Shown here piece after piece: positions 21,821 to 33,430 of a stretch of DNA of 64,000 bases (position 1 is its first letter; every line of letters starts with the position of its first letter). The stretch comes from Narcine bancroftii (Eukaryota), in NCBI RefSeq assembly GCF_036971445.1, contig NC_091469.1:303242001-303306000 (forward strand). Reading direction: 5' to 3'. Under the pieces are notes generated by a model. It did not search any database. It was given only the letters and a program-made list of their open reading frames with translations, and was not told the origin of the DNA. Position numbers and translations under genes: made by a program.

Positions 21821-24800
21821 ACATGGTCTGAAACATTGACTTTCCATGGATACTGGTTGACTCCCTGAGTTCCTCCAGCATTTTGTGTGATGCTTCAGCG
21901 TATGATGCTGACAAGAAGTCATGTCCAACAGATGCAGTGTTTTGGTATCTCTGCATCTGTTCCCATTAAGCTGATCTGGATGAAGAGTTTTTATTAAATG
22001 GCAGCTTGAAATAAAGTGCACCGAGGAGACAACGCTACTGCAAAGTCCTGATATGCAACCAGTATTTTGCTGAAATACCAATATGATTAGACTGCCCTCC
22101 CTGTCTTTCTGGCATTCCTGCATTTTCTGTCTTGATGGCTTGCTTCGCTTGGCCTGAAAGAATTGCAACAAAAACTGACACTTTGGATGATTTTACGATT
22201 TTGGATAGTTTGCCAAAGTTTTTGCCATATATCTGAACTATTTTGACGTTGCCGCATTTTCAATCAGTGAAATCACTACAATAACTTACTAAATTTAACA
22301 AGCTTTGAACAGCCTTGCAGATCATGATTAATTTAAAGTGGAAACAAGATGAAGTAGCTATGTTCTTCTGTGAGCTGAAATAATTAATCATCATCGACTG
22401 AAGACTGTTCATCATTCAGTACCATTAAAAATAACTGGGAGACAGCGGTAATCATCATTACCCTGATGAAGAAGGCATAACCAACTCCGTGAATGTTGCT
22501 GTGGGTAGATCCCATTTTAAATGGATGGATGTGACTACTAATCGAGGGCTGGACTGCTTGAATTTATATCAGAAAGTTGATAATGTTATGAAGGAAAGCA
22601 AAAAAATAATCCGTGGCTATATTTTGCTTCCATTGATGTTGCCAAACCTTTTTACATGTGGCAGTTTCAGCTTTGTTGCTATATTATCATCACACTCCCA
22701 GGGCAATCTTTGAGTAAAGAACTGACAGACAGAGTGGAATAGATATTCTCTTCACGTAAATTTGAAGGCTATTTTATTCCCAATAAAATGCTTTGATTCA
22801 GTCCGTAAATAGGGTGGTGACATGCCTATTGTCAGGAGCAGTGTGAGGGTGAAAAAATAATCTCAGAAGCTTTAGCATTTTAATATCAAGGACAGTTAGT
22901 AAAACTTAGAAACAGCTTTTGCACCCTTGGGTTGCCACAGCAGGGTGCCAATCACCAGCCCAGAAAATTTTGCAAATGTCTTGGGGTTTATAGACCTACC
23001 TAGAATAGCATTTTGAGTTTATTCCTGTTGATTCTTCCTCAGCAACCTTTCACTCATCCAGTCAAACACCATATAAGTGCAAGTAGTTCATTGTGCTCAA
23101 TAACATTAATAAAAAATTCATTAGCTCACATGCATTGATCAGCTTGCCGTTCAGGCCAGATTTGTATTTGGTTCATATTCATGTTGATTGTGTTGTAAAT
23201 CTTAAATAATCTGCTGAGGAAAGAGCAAGTCAAAACAATTCAAAGGCAAAGTTCACTGAGGGTTATTTTGACACTGATTGTCTTCATTGCCCTGTTATCA
23301 ACATCAGAATGAGAGCATCCTAAGGAAGAGGAAAGGCGTGAATGAGTTTGGCAGGCCAAATGGGAAATGGTCAGAATTGTGGGATTTGTGTTTTTGACTG
23401 AAATGCAAGAATAAATTGACCCACAATTCTATTTTATTAAATCGCTCCATTCTTCCAACATCCATTTTCATGGTCCACAGGGTTTATTTCCTGAGGTGTG
23501 CGATAATCTTTGTCTTCATTTATTCCTTTAAGCCATGCATCATTCCCAACCAGGTATTCACTCATTTATCTTTTGAGAAAGTTATATGACGCATTATCGA
23601 TTGGTTCAGCTGGGAGCCAAAAAAACTATTATTGACAAATAAAAGGTTGTGAATCTTATCTGTGATGTTTACTTCCTTTTGTGTTTTCATTGCTGAGTGA
23701 CTCTCATGAATCTGACATCTCCTTCGCAAAGTAATAAAACATGTTGACTTATTTTCTCTTGTTGCAAGCCTCACACAGCCAGAAAATTATTAGGATATGA
23801 CTAGCATTTTTCTCCCATGGATGAAAATGGAGAATGCACCATTAACAGGCCCAAGCCTGTGAGGGAGGCAAACAAGTATGACTGGTCAGGTTTTCATGCT
23901 TATAATTCAGATGAGGCATTTTCTTGGAGGTTGCATCAAGTGATTCCACTACCTTCAATTGTCTGAGCCTGGCCTCAGATGTTTTCCCATCTTCCACATT
24001 TTTGTAGGAAAAAAATGAAAATATAGAGTGGCAAGAAAGCTGTTTTAACGTACTTATCAATATGCTCCTACATTTCTGCACTTTGCTGTCTTTTTGAAGG
24101 GCTACTGGTAATGTGCTTGATATTCCGAATCCTGTCTGTGCCTCACACTCAGGAATCACTTTGATGCCCTTGAGGATATTGCTGACATTTAACCTTTGTA
24201 GCTGTACCAATGATAGCCAAGAGTGACATTGAATAACTTTAACATACAGCAGTCACATAATTTTTAACACAGCTTGATATAATTGCATCCACCCAGTGGA
24301 TCTAAAGTTGCTCATGACAGCAGTAGGAAGCTTGGGGAAACAATTAGCAAGTCGGGAAATATGAAAAGGGCCTGAAGAATAATTCTGCTGCTTCATTGTG
24401 AGTTCCCTTAGCAACCAAGGCAAGAATTTGGGACTCGCTAGCTGCAAGAGATTATTTGTAATGCCGCAAGTCAATACTGAATGAAATGCCAAGTAATTTT
24501 TTTTCAGAGCATTTTAATTGTATCATTTTCAATGCAGTTTATGCATTAAAATATGTTGCTTCAAATTTTGGATCATGCAGTTGTTTAGGCTTTTATTTAA
24601 GTGAGCAGAGTTTCAGGGAAAGAAGTGACCTTTGCATCTCTGTGACAGTGCAACATGCAGGATGACAAAGTTGGAAAGAGCTCAAGAATGGAAACTTTTC
24701 CCTTCAGAGATTACGAAGATGCAACTCCAGCTATTTAGAAGAGAGCTTTTTTTTAAGAAGTAGATGGGTAGTGGTAGAATTGAAAGAACATTTCAACAAA

Positions 24801-25089
24801 TGGCCTTGTATGAGCAATTTTTTTTTTCTGGTTGCAGTGCAAATAATAGAGCTACATTTCCTTTTTGTTTTACTTGAGGATTGTTCCAACATATTGGACC
24901 TCTCAAGTGTTATTTCAAAATGACATTTATAGGTACATGTACATAAGTCTTGTGATTATGGCTGCCCCTGGGCAAACCCAGGAAGAGTGAGCAAGCTGGT
25001 GGAGATACAGTCTTTCAGTACACCTCCACAGGGTCCTATTGCCTGGCATTCCTGTTATTTGACCCTGTGTAGGTTTAAACTGCCTGCAG

Positions 25090-25633
25090 AAAGGAAGCAG
25101 CAGTGGTTTTTGCAATGAAGATCTACGGAGTTTGGTGCCCAAGATGGATTTTGTCCCTGTTTCATCAACCCAGGCTCCAAGGAAGCAGTAAATGGGTGCA
25201 GGACACCAGAGCAGGAAAATAATACCTTGTTGTGAAGGAGAAACCCTGGAGAATATTTAGGGTAGGAAACTGCAGCAGTAGACTTGGCAGCCAAAAACCT
25301 CACCCTAGGCTATGGACTGCAGGTGATCGGCTTGTGGGAATTGGGTTTTGGGACCAGGATCGTTCAGGGGGTCGATAGAGAGCAGGTCTCCTGAAGGGCC
25401 TTGCTTCAGGGTACAGGTACCATGAAAGGTGACTTGGATGCCTCAAGCACTGGATCAGACAAGGATCCTTGTGGAGGAAGTGGTGACATAGGAGGAGGGA
25501 GTGGGATGCACAGACTTGATGTCTCTGACAAGATTCTCTTTTGCTGCTTTTTCTCATCTTGATGGTGGCACTGGCAAACAAAGAAAAATAATTTCTGCGT
25601 CTTTTGTGTACGTGCCAATAAATGGAACCTTGA
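25090..25633 (+). mobile_element. Diverged relative of the non-coding retroposon family
   Basis: caagatgg near the start; ctcttttgctgctttttctc block; ends gccaataaatggaaccttgaa. Confidence 0.4.
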
Positions 25634-26227
25634 AATGGTCAGCAAATTTTAAGAGACAAGTAAGCTTCATTTGGATTAACCATGGAAAGAAGTCATACAG
25701 ATTTATTACGGGCACAGTCAATTCCACATTATGGTTGGGTTATTATGCCCTAAAACTGTCCATATCCATTTTCTGCAGTGTGAAGCCACATTATCTGCAT
25801 GTGTCAAGAAATTCAAGCTGAATTTATATAAAATTGACACATAAATTGTATACAAGCAAATATCAGATTTGTAAATTCCATAAGGGCAAATTTTCATTCC
25901 ACGAACAGCTATAACATCGAAGTCCTGCACTTCTCGACATATCCAATATGTATGTCATTGATCAAATTTCAGACCTTTTTCACCTTAAGGAGAATGTAAA
26001 TTAAAACATACCTGTCTTCCAGCTTTCCAGGTTGTGAAAGCACAGATTATTTACAATTTATTCTCAAGACATGGAGGGGTGGGGGTTCACTGGTCAGTCT
26101 GTCATTAATGCCTCACACCAGAATCCCCAAAGGAAATAGCAGTGGATTTCTTCTTGAAACTATGGCTGCTGTCTTTCATACACCCGAGTAGCTTTATAAA
26201 TTATTTTAGCAGGAAATTAAAGCTGAT

Positions 26228-26468
26228 GGCGAGCCTTCTTCGTGATTGCATCGATATGGAAGCCTCAGGACAGAGCCTCAGATATGCTGACACTACAAGA
26301 ATTTGAAGTTCTTGTCGCTAATCACTGCTGACCCCTTGATAAGGACTGGTTCGTATTTTCCTCAATTCCTCTGAAGTCCACAATCAGCTCCTTGGTTTTG
26401 TTAAAGATGAGTGCAAGGTTATTGTTGTGACACTACTCATCTAGCTGACCCTATCTCCCTCCTATACA
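26228..26468 (-). mobile_element. Rex/Babar LINE internal fragment
   Basis: gaatttgaagttcttg..gaagtccacaatcagctccttgg matches the reverse of KELIVDFR / NFKFL. Confidence 0.75.
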
Positions 26469-26472
26469 CTAA

Positions 26473-26745
26473 GATGGCACAGTTGGTGTAACGGTTAGCA
26501 CAACGCCTTTACTGTGCCAGCAATTGGGACCTGACTGGGGTTTGAATCCCATACAGTCTGTAAGGCGTTTGTATGTTCTGCCCATGTCTGCATGGGTTTT
26601 CCTCTGGGTGTTTCAGTTTCCTCTCACTGTTCAAAGCGTACTGAGGGTGGAAGTTAATGGGGTGTCAATTGGGCGGTACAGACTCGTGGGCCGAAAGGAC
26701 CTATTACTGCGCTATATTATGTCTACATTAAAAATACATTAAAAT
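26473..26745 (+). mobile_element. tRNA-derived SINE (HE1/V-SINE-like)
   Basis: A box (tggtgtaacggttagc), B box (gtttgaatccc), V core, tail gggccgaaagga. Confidence 0.85.
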
Positions 26746-27330
26746 GTAATAATTTCTGTATGGAAGAGAAAATTCATTACCTAAAGGATTTTTTTTTTTG
26801 CAATGGTTCAATATCTGTTTGCTCACTAAAATAAAATTCTCAAGCTGCCAGGATGTTGGCTTAAACACAGTATTGTGAATCTTATTCTACATTTTGGCCT
26901 TTGTTTCCATTGCATAAAGCATTTCCACAACAAATGATCTGTGAAATATTTAATTGATGAAATTGGATCTATTAGAAATGTATTTTAATTTACATTATTA
27001 TATATTATAGATTAGTGTTCTCTCACCTGCATTGACGATTTAACATAGTACTACTGATCTGCTCTTTGATTCTGGTTTCTGTGCAAAGAGGATTTTGCCT
27101 TCACCCTTGAGTCTTATCAGAAGCCTTCCAATATATGACCGAAAACAGCACAGATTCCACTACAATTAGTTGCATCCTTTCACCAATAATTGCATTGAAT
27201 AATGTATGTCAATTTATTACCATGCCTCAGTCCAACACTCATTAACATAGAGTTCCTGATTGGGATTGTGATTGCTATTTAAAATAAGACCAGTGTTCCT
27301 CCGGGGTGAACTGGTTGACTTATAACTATT

Positions 27331-27681
27331 TGTTGCGACAAAGACCAGCAGCAATAAAAATTCTCCAAGACAATGGTATCTTCAAAGCAAGTTTTTATTA
27401 ATAACTGTTAACATAATGCTTCTGGGCTGTCTGCTCAGGCCAACTAGCAGAATGGCTGTGTGTGTACACAGGTGCTTCTTAGCAAATATCTATAGTTTCT
27501 GGACATTCAGTAGCTCAATTAACTTCTGCTTCATAACATTAGAAAACCTCTCTTTTCTGTAAACACAAATGTGTGATATGTCTCTGTGTGTCTTTCCCCT
27601 ATTTCCAAACCTACAAAGTCACTTTACAAAAAATAATATATTTTACAACTTAAAGTTTACTAATAGCATAATTCTTCAACA
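27331..27681 (-). mobile_element. Candidate solo LTR (351 bp)
   Basis: tgttg...caaca termini; 5-bp flanks ctatt/gtatt (1 mismatch); tttatt inside. Confidence 0.45.
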
Positions 27682-28015
27682 GTATTAAACATACAAAAAC
27701 TGGTATAAGTTTCCTCTCCTCTAACCGAATTCTTAATGCATCCACTCATTAGGATGAGGAGGCAAATATTTCCCGCGTTAATTGAAGAAATTAAGAAAAC
27801 TCTGCTGGAAAAACTTAGCAGATCAAATTCTTCTAAAATTCCACTGATGATAATTGTCAAAATGTTAAACTACAAAGCCATCACAACAGTAAATGCAAAG
27901 GCAAAATTCTTCAGATGGTAGAAATCTGAAATAAAATGTAAAAAGCTGGAAATGCTCTAGCATCCATGGATGAAGAACAGTACAGTGTTTCCAAATAAAT
28001 CACAAAATTCTGTAG

Positions 28016-28255
28016 ACACTGTGGTTGAAGCAAAAACACAAAATGCTGGAGAAGCTCAGTAGGTCAAACAGTGTCCTTTATGTAGTAAAGGCATAGATAC
28101 AGAACTGGTGTTTCATGCTTGAGACCTTCATCAGTATTTTGATGAAGTACTCAAACCTGAAACGTCAGTTCTGTGTCTTTGTCTTTGCTACATAAAGGAC
28201 ACTGTTTGACCTACTGAGCTTCTCCAGCATTTTGTGTTTTTACTACCCACAGTGT
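28016..28255. repeat. Long near-perfect palindrome derived from Penelope-like element termini
   Basis: aaaaacacaaaatgctggagaagctcagtaggtcaaacagtgtcctttatgtag ... ctacataaaggacactgtttgacctactgagcttctccagcattttgtgttttt; ~100-bp arms with a tiny loop near 28135; arms match the end of the Penelope at 57885-58010. Confidence 0.85.
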
Positions 28256-28844
28256 TTCCATGTAGCTTAACTGAAATCTAACATTTGGCCGTGAGTAAGT
28301 CATTGGTCAGAGGAACTGAACCAATCTGATATGTCAGGTTAAAAGTGAGAATGAATTTGATATGAACCTTGTCATCACTAGCATCTCGGTATTGTAACTG
28401 AATTAACATTTCAAGTCATTGAACCGAACTGCCCCATGCTAGAATTATTGATTGCCACCAGCTCAATGATTTTAGAAGAATTTCTGCCATTTTTTCACTC
28501 TCAGAATTGTTGTTAAACCTGGATTTTTGAAAAAGAGTGTTTTTACTTTGGACCAATTAGTTCCTTGCAGAATTCGTTCTGAACAAAAAGGTAACTGAGA
28601 AATAGTGGCTTTTGAAGCGATTGCAGTGAAATTGACAAACAAGCAAATTACACATAAAAAAACTATTACTTGTAGTAATAGTGATTGTGAACCAACCTTT
28701 CCATACAAAGGATTTTTTTGTTGAAATTATTTTGAATGTTGTGCATGAGTATAAAAAATACCTCCCAGTGCTTGAAATTTGAAATTGACTACAGTTCAGC
28801 TTTCAACAACATCATGTGCTCAGTACTGGTCATTGAGCTTCAAA

Positions 28845-29801
28845 TCCTGGGCCTCTGCACCTCCCACTGAAACTGATCCTTGACTTGCTCATCAGAAACA
28901 ATGTCTCCCCCTCACTGACGATCAACGCAGGCACACCTCAAGGATGTGTGCTTAGCCCACTGTTCCACTTACTCCACACCCATGACTGTGTGGATAGGCA
29001 TAATTCAAATGCTATCTGCCACGGTCAGTGGCAGAATCATGGGCGGCAATGAGGAAGTGTATAGGTGTATAGGAGTACGATAGATCATCTGGTTGAGAGG
29101 TGTCAAAACACAACCTTGCACTCACTGTTAGCAAAACTAAGGAACTGATTGCAGACTTCAGGAGGGGGATATAAGGAGAACACAAACCAGTCCTCATCGA
29201 GGAATCAGTCGTGGAAAGGGATAAGCACTTCAAAATTATGGTGCATCAACATCTCTGAAGATCTATCTTGGGACCTCTAAGTCGATGCATTTATGAAGAA
29301 GGTGCTATCCTTTATGAGGGGTTTGAGGAGATTTGCAAATTTCTACAGGTGCACCGTGGAGAGCATTCTGATCGCATCACTGTCTGGTATGGACGTGTCA
29401 ATGCACAGATCAGGAAAAGATTGCAGAGTTGTGAACTCAGCCAGCGCTATTATGGGCATTAGCCTTCACTCCATTAAGGACATCTATAAGACATGATGTC
29501 TCAAAAAAGCAGCTTCCATCCTTAAGGACCCTCACCACACAGGCCATGCCCTCTTTTCACTGATACCATCAGAAAGGATGTACAAGAGCCTGAAGGCAAA
29601 CATCCAAAGGTACAGAAATAGCTTCTTCTCCTCTGCCATCAGAATTCTGAATGGACAATGAACCGCAGACATTACTTCACTTTCTTTTGAACTAATTTAT
29701 TATTTTTTTAAATGTAATTTGGAACAATTTTGCATCTGTAATGCTGTTGCCAAACAACACATTTCATGACACGTGCTCACGACAATAAATTCTCATTCTG
29801 A
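28845..29801 (+). mobile_element. Rex/Babar LINE, 5'-truncated
   Basis: G.PQGCVLSPLL, TKELIADFR, NFYRCTVESIL; tail gacaataaattctcattctga. Confidence 0.9.
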
Positions 29802-29881
29802 AACTAAACAATAAGTGCTGAAAGCATTCAACCGATCGGGCATCAACTGTACAAAGAGCGGCAGAGTTTGTGATTTGTATC

Positions 29882-30325
29882 TGTAAGGTAAAACATCATG
29901 AGATGGGAATGTGTAGGGAGTTACCCTGTACAGGGCAGTAACAAGAAGGGGAGGTGTCCTTGTACTCCTGTTAGGTAAAACATCATGAGATGGGACCGGA
30001 GAAGGAGTCACCCAGTACTAAGGAGTAACAGAATGCATCCTTGTACTTACAAGATAAGAGAGACATTGATGGATTGAGAGGCAGGAAGCTAGCAGGGAAA
30101 GGATAGCAACAGTTTTAGTCATTGGACAAGTAATGATATGATGATGTTCTAAGCATGTATCCAAGGGTATAAAAAATCACCATTTTGCTGATAACGGCAG
30201 AATGCATTCTCCGGCTAACATCGTTAGTCGCAAGTGTTACAATCCGGTAATAAAGAACAAAGAACCCTGATTTCGACTCAGTCTGGTGTTTGTCTCACTC
30301 ATTCATGAACAAAGCAGACCTAACA
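29882..30325 (+). mobile_element. Solo LTR (444 bp) with duplicated U3 enhancer-like block
   Basis: tgtaaggt...acctaaca termini; perfect 4-bp TSD TATC (29878-29881, 30326-30329); inverted CCAAT at ~30121, TATAAAA at 30168-30174, AATAAA at 30249-30254; 87-bp tandem duplication (29882-29968, 29969-~30050). Confidence 0.9.
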
Positions 30326-30479
30326 TATCTAAGACCATTCATCAGAACTAAGTAAAATAATTTGTACCAGATTAGTGAAGGAGAAAACATGGTTACAGGG
30401 AGTTGCAATGATCTTGGCATCCAGTGAATTATCTTTGTATTTATCGAGGCAAAAAGACAAGCAGGAGACTGCCAAATAA

Positions 30480-30660
30480 TGAAGGACAAGTTAATCTGTT
30501 TTTAATGGTATTGGCTGAGGGTAGAACATTGGCCTGGACATTGGTTGAATTCCCTGTTCTTTTTAGAGACATAATGACTTTTAAATTTATTGGAATGGGT
30601 GGAATAATGTCTGTTCTTTGCTCATTTATAAGTTGGCACAGTAAGCAATGCAACATTTTG
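30480..30660 (-). mobile_element. Ancient Deu-domain SINE remnant (SacSINE1/AmnSINE-like)
   Basis: ttggctgagggtagaacattggcctggaca..gaattccctgttctttt resembles the reversed Deu central domain. Confidence 0.5.
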
Positions 30661-30794
30661 ATGCTGATTAATTGAAATCTAACATTCAGCAGTGGGTAGT
30701 CAAAGAAACTGAACCAATATGACATATTAGGATAAAAGTGAGAATGAGTTTGAGTAAGAACTTTGACATCACAAGCATCTCACTATTGTAAAAT

Positions 30795-31210
30795 TCTCCT
30801 TCAGGTTTGTAGGGAGTGAAGACAGCGTTATTCATAAAATTGGCAGAGAGGATCACTGGAGACTCCCTCCCATTTCACCCACCCCATCAGCATGATCTCC
30901 CGGGATCTTTGTCTGAAAAGGGCATGCAAAATCATGGAGGAGCTCTTCCACAGCATCTTTCACCTGCTCCCATCGGGCAGGAGGAACAGGAGTATCAGAG
31001 CCAGAACCACCAGGCTGTGGAACAGCTTCTTCTCACGGGCAGTGAGAATGCTGAGTGACCAAAAAAACTGCTCTCCCTAACCATCCGAGACTCTCCTACT
31101 CCTGAAACAATATTTTTTTTGTATATATATGAATACTTGTCCAGCACATGTATTGTCACTGTTTCGTCGAGTTGAACTTGTGTCATCAGATGACAATAAA
31201 TTTGACTTGG
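30795..31210 (+). mobile_element. Rex/Babar LINE 3' fragment (second subfamily)
   Basis: CLKRACKIME..FHLLPSGRR.RSIRARTTRL.NSFF..AVRML; tail gacaataaa; homologous to 62523-63335. Confidence 0.8.
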
Positions 31211-31513
31211 CTTAAAAATTGCTTTTCCATGTTTTATTATTATAACAAAATGGTTGTGAAAAGATAACTGCCAAAAATTCAATTGCTTTTTCTTTGTCAG
31301 TGTTATGCAATTAAAAAAATCTTTATTTTTGGGGTGAAATATGATAAAAAAGACCTTTTAGTTAATTTGTGTACATTTAGAAATGTTAGTGTTTTCAGGG
31401 TGATTATCATGGCAAAGGTATTTGAGATAGCACCAACATTCCTGTTGGATGGTTTCAGGGAAACTTGAACACAATGTCCTGAGGAGGTCATTTGCTGGGG
31501 CACTATGAATGCT

Positions 31514-32835
31514 CAAAGTTAAAGTCAAAGTTCAAATTTATTGTCAGAGTAAATATGTGACATCACATACAACCCTGAGATTCCATTTTTCCTGAAGACC
31601 AGACAGTTATCGGTAGTGTAAACTGCTGAAGATCCAGCTGCGCTGGATGGGTCACGTCTCCAGAATGGAGGACCATCGCCTTCCCAAGATCGTGTTATAT
31701 GGCGAGCTCTCCACTGGCCACCGTGACAGAGGTGCACCAAAGAAAAGGTACAAGGATTGCCTAAAGAAATCTCTTGGTGCCTGCCACATTGACCACTGCC
31801 AGTGGGCTGATCTCGCCTCAAACCGTGCATCTTGGCGCCTCACAGTTTGGTGGGCAGCAACCTCCTTTGAAGAAGACCGCAGAGCCCACCTCACTGACAA
31901 AAGGCAAAGGAGGAAAAACCCAACACCCAACCCCAACCAACCAATTTTCCCCTGCAGCCGCTGCAACCGTGTCTGCCTGTCCCGCATCGGACTTGTCAGC
32001 CACAAATGAGCCTGCAGCTGACGTGGACTTTTACCCCCTCCATAAATCTTCGTCCACGAAGCCAAGCCAAAGAAAGAAACTGTACTCAAGTAAAAGGTAT
32101 GTGTAGAAAAGAGAAATGTAAGCAATCTAACTGTGTAAATACAGAAAAAAAACATTCAGTAATAAATAATGTGCAAAGTCAGAGTCCTTACATGAAACTC
32201 TTATTGAGTCTGTTGTTTAGGAGTCTGATGGTGGAGGCATAGCAACCATTCCTGAGCCTAGTGGTATGAGCCTTGTGACACCTATGCCTCTTTCCTGATG
32301 GCAGCAGCAAGAACAGAGAATGTTCTGGTGTGGATCCTTGATGATTGCTGCTGCTCTCTGACGGCAGTGTTCCATGCTGGGGAGAGATTTGCCTGTGATG
32401 TGATGTACAGGGCTTTCCGCTCAGAGGTATTGATGTCCCGATACCAGGCTGTGATAGAGCCATTCAGCACACTTTTCACTACACCTCTGTAGACATTTTC
32501 TGAGGTTTTCAATGTAATACCGAAACTCCACAAACTCCTGAGGAAATAGAGGTGCTGACACGTGTTAGTGCGTTGAGTCCAGGAAAAGTCCTCCACAATA
32601 GAGACTCTCAGGAATTTAAATGTGCTTGCCCTCACTGTATTTGATCCTTCATAGAACATTGAATTATACATCTTTGCTTCTCCCCTTCCGAAATTCTACA
32701 ATCAGCTCCTTGGTTTTGGTGGCAACGAGTTGGTTCACCATTCAGCCAAGTTGTCAGTCTCCTCTACATCACCCCTTTTTATGCAGCCCACTACTGTGCT
32801 ATTGTCAGGAAATTTGTAAATGATGTTATTGTCGT
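31514..32835 (-). mobile_element. Rex/Babar LINE (third subfamily) interrupted by an RTE insertion
   Basis: caaagttcaaatttattgtcag tail; minus-strand FKFL.V.I.ED.SW, LYFLRSL, LLPSGKR..HTTRLRN; homologous to 48005-48530. Confidence 0.8.
31623..32076 (+). mobile_element. RTE-clade LINE 3' fragment, copy 2, nested in the 3'UTR of a Rex element
   Basis: Near-identical to 9519-9974; flanking duplication aaactg (31620-31625 / 32077-32082). Confidence 0.9.
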
Positions 32836-32869
32836 ACTGAGACAGTAGAGTTTTTATTATTATTGTCAC

Positions 32870-33430
32870 ATAATAATACATAAAAAACATAATATACATG
32901 ATATACTTCAACATTCGTCTGCTGTAAGGCAAACAAAGAGTTGCCATGTGCATTTCCTGGCACTCCTAATAATAAGAGAAAGAAAGGCACGAGGTTTCCT
33001 TCAGAGGCACCGTCTGTCCATGGATTCACCTCCAGCACTCCTGCTGCTCTCAGCCGCTGAGCCCTTCACGGGTCTGTTGCATTGATCACTTTCCCTGTAG
33101 GGTCATCTCCCATATTCCTCCTATCAATGGGAGGTGTTTCTCTGTTTTCAATGCCATATGCTGGTCCACTGCTTCTTTGGAGTCTGCAATCCCTTGTGTA
33201 ACACTGCCCAGTACAAGCACTGCCATATTGGGCACAGAACGCTGTGCTTGCAGGATTTTTTTAAAAAATAACCCACCAGCTTCTTCACTAGACCATTTAA
33301 AGTCTGTACGGAGCCATTGGCATCAGGACTGGGCTGTAGGATCCTTCAGAACAGCACTATGTCTCTGCTCTACACTCTCCCAGGTTCGCACCAGCTAACA
33401 TTACAGCAGCTCTGGCAGCCTCACCATTTT
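32870..33430 (-). mobile_element. Non-coding retroposon family copy (internally deleted)
   Basis: ctgctgtaaggcaaacaaagag..agagaaagaaagg ... cagcagctctggcagcctcaccattttt, colinear with 19525-20304. Confidence 0.55.

Noticed and set aside
28016-28255. Hairpin as a bona fide miRNA gene or CRISPR-like array
   Set aside because: TE-derived multi-copy palindrome with no repeat-spacer periodicity; miRNA status cannot be supported without small-RNA data.
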